Assembly (NCBI GenBank): GCA_002269645.1
Contig: NIVC01001387.1
Coordinates: 66,136 to 130,135, forward strand
Source of the DNA: Macrostomum lignano
Lineage: Eukaryota
Reading direction: 5' to 3'
Length of the DNA: 64,000 nt
Part shown: one piece after another, positions 36,951 through 47,808 of the stretch
Layout: every line of letters begins with the position of its first letter
How positions within the stretch are numbered: the stretch's first letter is position 1
Program-made: the position numbers and the translations under genes
Notes under the pieces: generated by a model
What the model was told of the DNA's origin: nothing
What the model saw: only the letters and a program-made list of their open reading frames with translations
The model's database searches: none

Positions 36951-37208
36951 CAGTGACAATTTGACTGGCTGTCAGTGACAATTTGACTGGCTGTCAGTGA
37001 CAATTTGACTGGCTGTCAGTGACAATTTGACTGGCTGTCAGTGACAATTTGACTGGCTGTCAGTGACAATTTGACTGGCTGTCAGTGACAATTTGACTGG
37101 CTGTCAGTGACAATTTGACTGGCTGTCAGTGACAATTTGACTGGCTGTCAGTGACAATTTGACTGGCTGTCAGTGACAATTTGACTGGCTGTCAGTGACA
37201 ATTTGACT
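36951..37208. repeat. Near-perfect 22-bp tandem array (GTCAGTGACAATTTGACTGGCT)
   Basis: About 11-12 identical copies without spacers. Confidence 0.97.
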
Positions 37209-37804
37209 AACAATATATGTCAGTGCCAATGAAGTGCTTCACGAGTAATATATACGAGTCGTATTTTCATGGCCAAATTCGTACGGGCAGTGAAAATTTT
37301 AATATTTTCCCAATTACTAAATTTTTAACCCTAATGCCGCGCATACGCCAGTAGTATCAGATGTGAAGATCAGATTTCCGTGTGCTCAAGTTTCCACAAT
37401 GTCGCCATGAGTCGATATCAAAATCAATTGATTTTGCGTTGTTCAATTGTCTGGATACGATCGCTCTCACTGTGATTGGTTCGCGATAATTGTTAAGCAG
37501 CTGGCGAGTGAATGGTAATTGAGTTGCTTGCTTTATCTTGATCTTCCTGAGCTGACGACTAGAACGATATCAAGTTTCATTCCAAGCTAGATTGAGGAGT
37601 GGGTGCTACTTGTAACTGGTATAAATTGTTGCATGCAAGCTCTGAGTTTCGGTAGCCTCTGGTAGCTGATCGTCCGGTGCAAGTCAAGTCGGAATTCCTA
37701 CATCCTACATTTGACCATAATTCATGTGCTTTGAGAATCTACTCGAAATACCCAGCAAAACTGCCTTAAAATCAAGTGAGACTAGACTCCGAACCGCCAG
37801 AAAA

Positions 37805-40005
37805 ATCACCTCTAAATCGCCAGAAGAATCGCCTCTGAATCTCCAGAAGAACCGCCTCTGAATCGCCAGAAGAACCGCCTCTGAATCTCCAGAAGAATCA
37901 CCTCTGAATCGACGGAAAAATCGTCTCTGAATCGCCAGAAGAATCACCTCTGAATCGACGGAAAAATCGTCTCTGAATCGCCTCTGAATCTCCAGAAGAA
38001 TCACCTCTGAATCTCCAAAAGAATCGCCTCTGAATCGCCAGAAGAATCGCCTCTGAATCTCCAGAAGAACCGCCTCTGAATCTCCAAAAGAATCGCCTCT
38101 GAATCTCCAGAAGAATCGCCTCTGAATCTCCAAAAGAATCGCCTCTGAATCGCCAGAAGAATCGCCTCTGAATCTCCAGAAGAATCACCTCTGAATCGCC
38201 TCTGAATTGCAAGAAGAACCGCCTCTAAATCGCCAGAAGAACCGCCTCTGAATCTCCAAAAGAATCGCCTCTGAATCTCCAGAAGAATCACCTCTGAATC
38301 TCCAAAAGAATCGCCTCTGAATCTCCAGAAGAACCGCCTCTAAATCGCCAGAAGAATCGCCTCTGAATCTCCAGAAGAATCGCCTCTGAATCTCCAGAAG
38401 AAGCGCCTCTGAATCTCCAGAAGAAGCGCCTCTGAATCGCAAGAAGAATCGCCTCTGAATCGCCAGAAGAATCGCAAGAAGAATCTTCAGAAGAATCGCC
38501 TCTGAATCGCCAGAAGAATCGCCTCTGAATCGCCAGAAGAATCGCCTCTGAATCTCCAGAAGAAGCGCCTCTGAATCGCAAGAAGAATCGCCTCTGAATC
38601 GCCAGAAGAATCGCAAGAAGAATCTTCAGAAGAATCGCCTCTGAATCGCCAGAAGAATCGCCTCTAAATCGCCAGAAGAATCGCCTCTGAATCTCCAGAA
38701 GAATCGCCTCTGAATCTCCAGAAGAATCACCTCTGAATCGCCAGAAGAATCGCCTCTAAATCGCCAGAAGAATCGCCTCTGAATCTCCAGAAGAATCGCC
38801 TCTGAATCTCCAGAAGAATCATCTCTGAATCATCTCTCTGAATCATCTCTGAATCTCCAAAAGAATCGCCTCTGAATCTCCAGAAGAATCACCTCTGAAT
38901 CTCCAAAAGAATCGCCTCTGAATCTCCAAAAGAATCGCCTCTGAATCGCCAGAAGAATCGCCTCTGAATCTCCAGAAGAACCGCCTCTAAATCGCCAGAA
39001 GAATCGCCTCTGAATCTCCAGAAGAATCGCCTCTGAATCTCCAGAAGATTCGCCTCTGAATCTCCAGAAGAAGCGCCTCTGAATCGCAAGAAGAATCGCC
39101 TCTGAATCGCCAGAAGAATCGCAAGAAGAATCTTCAGAAGAATCGCCTCTGAATCGCCAGAAGAATCGCCTCTGAATCGCCAGAAGAATCGCCTCTGAAT
39201 CGCCAGAAGAATCGCCTCTGAATCTCCAGAAGAATCACCTCTGAATCTCCAAAAGAATCGCCTCTGAATCTCCAAAAGAATCGCCTCTGAATCGCCAGAA
39301 GAATCGCCTCTGAATCTCCAGAAGAACCGCCTCTAAATCGCCAGAAGAATCGCCTCTGAATCTCCAGAAGAATCGCCTCTGAATCTCCAGAAGAATCGCC
39401 TCTGAATCTCCAGAAGAAGCGCCTCTGAATCTCCAGAAGAAGCGCCTCTGAATCTCCAGAAGAAGCGCCTCTGAATCGCAAGAAGAATCGCCTCTGAATC
39501 GCCAGAAGAATCGCAAGAAGAATCTTCAGAAGAATCGCCTCTGAATCGCCAGAAGAATCGCCTCTAAATCGCCAGAAGAATCGCCTCTGAATCTCCAGAA
39601 GAATCGCCTCTGAATCTCCAGAAGAATCACCTCTGAATCGCCAGAAGAATCGCCTCTAAATCGCCAGAAGAATCGCCTCTGAATCTCCAGAAGAATCGCC
39701 TCTGAATCTCCAGAAGAATCATCTCTGAATCGCCAGAAGAATCGCCTCTAAATCGCCAGAAGAATCGCCTCTGAATCTCCAGAAGAATCGCCTCTGAATC
39801 TCCAGAAGAATCGCCTCTGAATCTCCAGAAGAATCACCTCTGAATCTCCAGAAGAATCGCCTCTAAATCGCCAGAAGAATCGCCTCTGAATCTCCAGAAG
39901 AACCGCCTCTGAATCGCCAGAAGAACCGCCTCTGAATCGCCAGAAGAACCGCCTCTGAACCTCCAGAAGAATCGCTTCTGAATCTCCAGAAGAATCGCCA
40001 GAAGA
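37805..40005. repeat. 23-bp satellite (GAAGAATCGCCTCTGAATCTCCA), about 2.2 kb, with higher-order blocks
   Basis: Directly visible; explains all ORFs at 37705-40162. Confidence 0.98.
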
Positions 40006-40042
40006 ATTGCCTGCTGGAGTAAGCCACCCCTCCGTCAGACTG

Positions 40043-43000
40043 ATGGATCCGCCAGATTCCGCAGACGGTCGGCAGCCCCAGGAGCAGGTCTGCAGTTACC
40101 AGCTGGACCCGCTTCAGGCCAGCCTGATGTCCGCCGAGTTTGGCTTTGATTTCGAGTCGCAATCGATGACGTCACTGATGTCCGATTGGGATGCGCCGAG
40201 GGTGGAAAACCTGCACTATGAACACGTGCAGCAGCAGCAGCAGTTTAACTGTGACCGCTTGCTGACCCAGCTGAGCAGCGCAGATGATGAGCTCAACTCT
40301 CAGCAGCATCAGCAAACTCAACTTTTATCCGATCTGCTTGCCGAATTAGACGAACCGGCACCTCCTGCTGCTGGTCATGCGTCATTGTGGGAGATGGCGT
40401 CACCCGATGTAGCAACTTTTGATAGTAGTGTAGCAGGACCTGCAGCTGGACCGGCGGAGCCAGCCTCATCAGCTTATCAGTGTCGCTGGATTGGCTGTTC
40501 CATGGTTTGTTAAATTTAGATTTTATATTGTCTGACACCCCACAATCGGAGCTCCTTACACCGCTAAAATCAAAGCTCCTGACACCCTAAATTCGAAGTT
40601 CCTGACACCCCTAAAATCGGAGCTCCTGACACCGCTAAAGTCAGAGCTCCTGACACCCCTTAAAATCAGAGCTCCTGACACCCCTTAAAATCAGAGCTCC
40701 TGACACCGCTAAAATCAGAGCTCCTGACACCCCACAATCGGAGCTCCTGACACCCCTTAAAATCAAAGCTCCTGACACCGCTAAAATCAGAGCTCCTGAC
40801 ACTCCACAATCGGAGCTCCTGACACCCCACAATCGGAGCTCCTGACACCCTAAAATCGGAGCTCCTGACACCCCACAATCGGAGCTCCTGACACCCCTCA
40901 ATCGGAGCTCCTGACACCCTAAAATCGAAGCTCCTGACACCCCACAATCGGAGCTCCTGACACCCCACAATCGGAGCTCCTGACACCCCACAATCGGAGC
41001 TCCTGACACCCCTCAATCGGAGCTCCTGACACCCTAAAATCGGAGCTCCTGACACCCCTACAATCGGAGCTCCTGACACCCTAAAATCGGAGCTCCTGAC
41101 ACCCCTCAATCGGAGCTACTGACACCCTAAAATCGGAGCTCCTGACACCCCACAATCGGAGCTCCTGACACCCCACCATCAGAGCTCCTGACATCTCTAA
41201 GATAGGACCAGATTTGACCAGATATTAGCGTTGGAACAATGACCGCACATTCCAGCGATTCCCCGAGGTCAGTCAGCTGGTGGCTCACATTGAGCGACTG
41301 CACATCGACCGACGCTCTTTGAACGACGAGTACACCTGCTTCTGGAATGGCTGCGCAAGGAAGCGAAGGCCTTTCAATGCGAGATACAAACTGCTAATCC
41401 ATATGCGAGTGCACAGCGGAGAGCGGCCGAACACCTGCCCTCATCCTGGGTGCGGCAAGGTGGGTGCAAGGGTGTACCGTGGCCAAGAGTGCATGACGCT
41501 CTGATGTGCCAGCGGCCCAGGCTCGATTCCAAGTGCAGTCGCATTAATTTTGGGGCTAAATTGGAATCTCGGCTTGGCTCTGCTCGTGCAATTAACGCTG
41601 TACACTCCTTCTTTGTGTGTATTGTAATAATAATAATAACAATTACACCTGCCCTATAGCTATTGCGGTGCGAATCTGATAGCTGCGTACGGCTGTTCAG
41701 TCCAAGGACTGAGGGGTCGCCCCACACAGCCTCAATTACCCCAGCTAATGCTGGCACCCATTTTACTGCTGGGTGAACTGAAGAAATGCAGATTTAAGTG
41801 TCTTGCTCAAGGACACAAATTGTTCCAGTGGGATCGGGAATCGAACCCCCGACCTTCAAGTCGTGAGTCCGCGACGCTCTGACCACTAGGCTGCAACTAT
41901 AGGCTACAAGTGAGTGCCTGTGCGTTTGACTGCGTAATTGTGTGCCTGCTCAAGGGTAGTCGGTAGAGTGGGCAGTGATGCCTCTTGCCGGTTGTGTGAC
42001 AATGTCGCTTAAAGTGAGCCCGGGTGCACATAGCGCCCCCTGCCTCTAATAAATGAGTAAAGCTTTTTTGTATCAGAGCGACAGGCTCTGCAGTAAACTG
42101 ATCACAGCCTCTCCATTCTCCATCAACGCTAGGCTTTCTCCCGCCTGGAGAATCTGAAGATTCATTTTCGTTCCCACACTGGCGAGCGTCCTTACGCCTG
42201 CGGTTTCCCGGCCTGCGACAGAGCGTTTAGCAACTCGTCTGACAGGGCCAAGCACCAGAGGACTCACTGTGATGAGGTCTGTCAGTTGCAACAGTTAAAA
42301 TGTAACATTCTCACCTTGTACGTGTATTTCAGCGCTTCTTTTCGAATAGAAAGCTAATTCACGTCGAAAACCGACTCTTGAAATCGTGTGCGAGCGTGCA
42401 TGTAACTCACTCTTTTAAGAGTTGTGCATTATTGAAATTGAGACCTAATAAGCCTAATAAGGACCTAATAGGACCTAATAGGACCTATAAAGCCTAACGG
42501 AGACCAAATAAACTTAATAAGGGCCTAGTAAGTCTAATAAAGAAGCCTAACAAGGACCTGATAAACTATATTATTATCTAATCTAATATTATATATACAT
42601 TAAGCCAATCTTAATAAGGACCTAGCGATCGTAATAAGTCTATTGTAAGAACCAAATACGACCTAAAAGTACCAATAAGGACCTATATAATAAGCCTAAT
42701 AAAGACCTAATAAACATAATAAGAATCTAAAAAAGCCTTATAAGGAATCTGTATTTAGGTCAATGTACTTTTCCCTAACACCCAACCCGTCTCCAGAAGC
42801 CGTACATCTGCGAAATTGCCGGCTGCCAGAAGCGCTACACAGATCCCAGTTCGCTCAGGAAGCACAGTCGCTGCCACATTGGCAATGCTTTAGAGTGCTT
42901 CGGCAGTAGCAGCAGCAGCAACAGCAGCAATAGCAATACTGTTGTCATGGCAACTGACCTTCCAATAGATCAGCACGAGATCCTACCGCCCCTGCCTTGC

Positions 43001-43045
43001 GCTTTTGGAGACGGCGAAATCGTTGGGTCAGCTGATTTGTTTTGA
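40043..43045 (+). CDS. GLIS3: GLIS1/3-type (Gli-similar) five-C2H2 zinc-finger transcription factor, at least 4 exons
   Basis: Exons (about 40007/ATG 40043)-40504, 41256-41459, 42133-42276, 42797-43045; all GT-AG, phase 0. [49 protein letters not shown] and [12 protein letters not shown] are GLIS1/3-diagnostic. GLIS1 and GLIS3 cannot be distinguished, and the 5' end is uncertain. Confidence 0.9.
40530..41195. repeat. 22-23 bp minisatellite in GLIS intron 1 (AATCGGAGCTCCTGACACCCC)
   Basis: About 28 copies. Confidence 0.96.
41470..42062 (+). mobile_element. SINE family B copy 2, interrupted by a family A SINE (GLIS intron 2)
   Basis: CCCAGGCTCGATTCCAAGTGCAG... (about 41515) and GCCTGCTCA...GTCGCTTAAAGTG...CCCCCTGCCTCTAATAA (to about 42052) match 25243-25610. 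Confidence 0.85.
41625..41898 (-). mobile_element. SINE family A copy 2, nested in the family B SINE
   Basis: Matches 9591-9893 (TCAGTCCAAGGACT, ATGCTGGCACCCATTTT, GTGTCTTGCTCAAGGACAC, GAATCGAACCCCCGACC); (TAA)n tail at 41625. Confidence 0.88.
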
Positions 43046-43339
43046 CTGAATAGTTCTCCACTTTCGTCTGCAAAAATGTCGTCTGTGTTACTCTAAGTAG
43101 CTAGTTAGCAATAGAGATACTTGCAAGTGAAAATTCTACTGGATCAGTAGTTCGTCAAACTGTATCGGTTGATTGGCGATAGGCGATACCACATGGTATT
43201 TATCACATGGATACACTTAGCATGCTACTAGAATAAGTAGCACGATACACGCACGTCGTTTTTTAAAAATATACTATCAATCTCAAATACAATAAAATGA
43301 ACTAATTCACTTTGATGAAGGCAAAAGGAGTGAGTCTAA

Positions 43340-43815
43340 AGGCTAAGGGAGTGACTCTCTCATCGTATGCTAAGGAGTGACTCTCTTATGGTCAGCTAAG
43401 GAGTGACTCTCTTATGGTCAGCTAAGGAGTGATCTCTTATGGTACTCGTAGGCTAAGGAGTGACTCTCTCATGGTCAGCTAAGGAGTGACTCTCTTATGG
43501 TCAGCTAAGGAGTGATCTCTTATGGTACTCGTAGGCTAAGGAGTGACTCTCTCATGGTAGGCTAAAAGAATGACTCTCATATGGGAGGCTAAGGGAGTGA
43601 CTCTCATGATAGTCTGAGGGAGTGACTCTCTCATTGTAGGCTAAGGGAGTGACTCTCATGATAGTCTGAGGGAGTGACTCTCTCATTGTAGGCTAAGGGA
43701 GTGACTCTCATGGTAAGCCAATTGAAGTGACTCTCAGTGGAGGCTAAGGGAGTGACTCTCAGTGAAGCCTAGGAGTGACTCTCAGTGAAGGCTAGGAGTG
43801 ACCCTCAAGAGGGCT
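43340..43815. repeat. About 26-bp degenerate minisatellite (GCTAAGGAGTGACTCTCTTATGGTCA)
   Basis: Directly visible 3' of GLIS. Confidence 0.9.
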
Positions 43816-44579
43816 GAGTGCGTCACGGGAAAATAATAAAGAAGTCATCAAACAAACCACGGTGCATTTAAATTAACGCAAGACTTTAGAAAAAAACAAA
43901 CATATCGTACAGACGCATTCTGCAGGTTGCCAAGTGAATTTGAATTAACAGTTTCGTTTTATTTAAATTGCTTCACTTACTCTCTCCACCATTCGTCAGT
44001 AAAAATGCATCAGACAGAGAAAACCGCATTGAAGTACAAATCACGCACAGTTCGATACTTACAAAAAACCCAACATATCGCATCGTTTTTATTTGCATAA
44101 CTTACGTACATTTTTAAGGTTTATCATACGCAGCTAAATTGTTATTAAACTGAATATACTACTATTCAAATTTAAAAGTACACAAAAACAAGATTGTAAT
44201 CGCAATTATTAGAAACCGGATTACACACTTTAACGAGCAGAAATATGCCGTCAAAAATGAACATTTCTTTCGCATTCTAAGGATTCTTTTAGTCATAGCG
44301 CGCAAAGAAATTCTAACAACATACGGTATAGACTACTGTTCTAGACTATACGCAAGACGCAAGTAGTGCAAAAAACATTCGACAATATGATTTGTGTCAT
44401 AGAGTAGAATTAAATCTTACGCATTTTTTGTTGGCTTTGTTGATGCACAGATTGCAAGGGGGCGTCTTGTCTAGAATGGGGTGCATTGACAACGGGCAGG
44501 GACTGTTTAAATCAGCCATGAATAATAAATTAACAACAATAAGTGCTGATTTATATTGAAAACTGGTGCATGCTAATCC

Positions 44580-45385
44580 CCAAGAGAATAAACTAAACCT
44601 TAGAAAAAACACCCAGAATAAACTAAACCTTAAAAAAACACCCAGAATAAACTAAACCCTAGAATAAACACCCAGAAAAAACATTCAGAATAAACTATCT
44701 AAACCCTAGAATAAACACACTGAGTATACTAAATAAACCCTAGAATAAACACCCAAAATAAACTAACTAAACCCCAGAATAAACAACCGATTTCCCCGTA
44801 ACACCCAGGAAACCCACAGAAAACGAAACCTTATAATAAACAAACACTTAAAATAAATTAAACCCTAGAATAAACACCCAGAATAAACTAAACCCTAGAA
44901 TAAACACCCAGAATAAACACTCAGAATAAACTAACTAAACCCTAGAATAAACACACTGAGTACACTAAATAAAGCCTAGAATAAACACCCAAAATAAACT
45001 AACTAAACCCCAGAATAAACACCCGATTTTCCCGTAACACCCAGGAAACCCACAAAAAACGAAACCCTATAATAAACACTTAAAATAAATTAAACCCTAG
45101 AATAAACACCCAGAATAAAATAAACCCTATAATAAACACCCAGAATAAACTAAACCCTATAATAAACAGGCAGAATAAACTAAACCCTATAATAAACACC
45201 CAGAATAAACTATACCCTATAATAAACACCCAGAATAAACTAAACCCTATAATAAACACCCAGAATAAACTAAACCCTATAATAAACACCCAGAATAAAC
45301 TAAACCCTATAATAAACACCCAGAATAAACTAAACCCTATAATAAACACCCAGAATAAACTAAACCCTATAATAAATACTCAGAA
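44580..45385. repeat. 30-bp minisatellite (CCCAGAATAAACTAAACCCTATAATAAACA)
   Basis: Homogeneous at 45090-45385, degenerate to the left. Confidence 0.93.
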
Positions 45386-46722
45386 TGCACGAGACTATTT
45401 AATCCGAAGTTAACCTGAAACAAAATGGCAAAACGTTGCACACAATAGTAAAAGTGCGAATAGAAACGTGACCAGATAGAATTTATAACAGACAAGAGCA
45501 GCGCGTAAACAGCTGAGGTAATATAATAAATGAACTCACATTTTCAAAAGTACATTTAGTCTAAAAATCCATTAATAATATCGGCGTACATTTATATCAC
45601 ATAAATAATCAATATAAACAAATGTGACTGAGATTTTTCAACAACAATTGTTCAACGAAATAATTGTAAAATGTCTCTATCAATCTATTAGTAGTTAAAA
45701 AAGGACATGTTAAACTCTTTGGACAGTGCAAAAATTATAATACATTTAGGAACAAACTTAAATGTCAAGCGCAGGCTAATACATTTTAGGATGTACATAT
45801 CGTTGGGTAAAACGTTATTGGGATAAGAGAAGATTGAAGTATTAAGGACTTAAATTGGACGAAATAGCAAACACAGCTATCACAGCTCCGGCCACTTGAC
45901 TAGAGATTCAAAAAGATAAACAAAAAGATTTTAAAGTATAACAAGGTCTGTCCAATGCAAAACTTATTAATATCAGCTGCAAAAACGCATTGCAAATTAG
46001 CTTGTTGACTTGGTAATAACAATTAGTGTTCAAGTTGTTCAGTTATAAGGAAAAGCAACAAAATTGTTGATCTTGTACTCGTCCAGGGTATTCGAAGGCT
46101 CGTCAATGTTGATTACAGCAAAACGCTATTCGGATCAACTCGAGGTGCGACCTGAAATAGTTTTTTTTAAATTCCCAAATATTACGCAATATTTTTTAAG
46201 ATAACTCAAATTTTATTAGCTTTTTCTGATATTTCTACTGAAAATAGCTCGCAGTAGCGCAATGGAGATTTAGTGCCCCAAAGCAAAACACGAATACGCG
46301 ATGTTGGCGAAAGCGAAAGCAGTAACGAGGCCTCTTTATTTATATTTTATTGATTAAAAGAATAAGGATAAAAGAAGAAGAAAAAAAAAGAACTGCGCGA
46401 AAACACTGCCAACGCAGCAGCGCGGCTGGAGTAAAATACCCCCCCCACCGGCGGAGGGGTGGGCGCCCACCTAAACAACACAGAACGTACACACGCGGCG
46501 GGGGGGGTGCACCACAGACGCAGCGCACTTGGGCACTAAAGCCGGTTTGCTCAAGGCAAGCCTAGCGCAAACCGCAGCCTTAGTGCCCCAAAGCAAAACA
46601 CGAATACGCGATGTTGGCGAAAGCGAAAGCAGTAACGAGGCCTCCAAAGCCGAAACAACAACGGGAAAGCGCGTGAAAGAAAAAATTGAAGGAAACGGAA
46701 CATCGTAAAGCTGATGCCAACG

Positions 46723-47808
46723 TCAAACGAGGGATCCCACACCTCTAGCAAACACGACGGAAGCTGCCAAGCCCTGCTGCGACTGCGGGAGATACCGCTG
46801 CACTGAGTCGCTCTTCCAGTCACCGATCCGCATGATGTCGGGCACCGGCACACCCAACACCGAGGCCCAGGTCGCGCCGCCACGGCGGAGGCTGTGGGCT
46901 GAGAAGTGCTCACGCCTGAAGCCCGCAGCCCCTAGCTTGTCCGCTAGGAAGCGATCGAGCTACCTGACCGTCAGCAGCCGCTGGTTGCCTCCGGCGTCGC
47001 GATAAGTGAACAGAGGCGCATCAGCCGATTGCAGATTATTGAATCTTGCGTGCTGCTCGATTGCTAACACCGGGCACAGCGACGTCCGCCTCACTAGCCT
47101 TGGTAGAAGCACCTGGTGCACCCGCTCTTTGAACTGGAGAGTCTTCCCTTGCTCCAGGCGCAAGATCAGACCTCGCGGGTGTCGAAAGATGTCAGCGCAG
47201 CGCACACGTGCCGGACCTTTTCCCGAAGTCGGTAGCACGCTGGATTTTCGGAGCATGCCCCACTAACAGCAGATGGCGACTGCCCAGCATGCCAGCTGAA
47301 GCCCGTCAGAACGACTGACTCGCTGATGAATCTCCGACAACATGAGCGGCGATACTGGTCGTTTTCTCGACACCCGAAGTCCCAGCTCTCGCTTGGCACC
47401 TCGCAGGAGGAGAGTCGTTGCGGCATGCTTCGTCAGGTCTGGTGCAGAGTTGACGCGAAACCAAACGGACAGCGAGCTGGCGACAGAAGCAACGCTGCCG
47501 TACGCACGCAAACGCGTCCCGACTAGGCTGGCCAGGTAGTCGAGCAGGCTGTTCAGCGGACAGGATACAGGACTGCAGCGGGTCTGCTTGCAGTAAGCTA
47601 GCCACTCACGGATGTGCCTTGCCACCGCCTGCCTTGACCGTGGTGCATAAGAGACGCCTAGCAGCGACGCGGCCCGGCGGCTGAGAGAGTCTGGCGCAGC
47701 TGGACGGCCTGAAAATGAAGAAAGTGGGCAGAGGCAGGGCAGAAAGCATGTCGATGCATTGATTGCAAAGCAAACGGGCACAAGTTGCCATAGCAGCGAA
47801 ATAAAAAA
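46723..47808 (-). pseudogene. Ngaro ORF3 tyrosine recombinase, interrupted by two in-frame TAG codons
   Basis: One continuous frame: SYAPRS...W..YC core-binding region; AICC*WGMLRKS (catalytic R); GKT; LTVR*LDRF; AHSLRRGGAT (H-x-x-R); IGDWKSDSVQRYL (W, Y); TGA at 46725-46723. TAG codons at 47265-47263 and 46962-46960. Confidence 0.9.

Noticed and set aside
36951-37208. Regular 22-bp repeats resembling a CRISPR array
   Set aside because: No unique spacers, no cas genes, and a eukaryotic context.
37705-39516. Cluster of FFWRFRGD ORFs
   Set aside because: Satellite translations.
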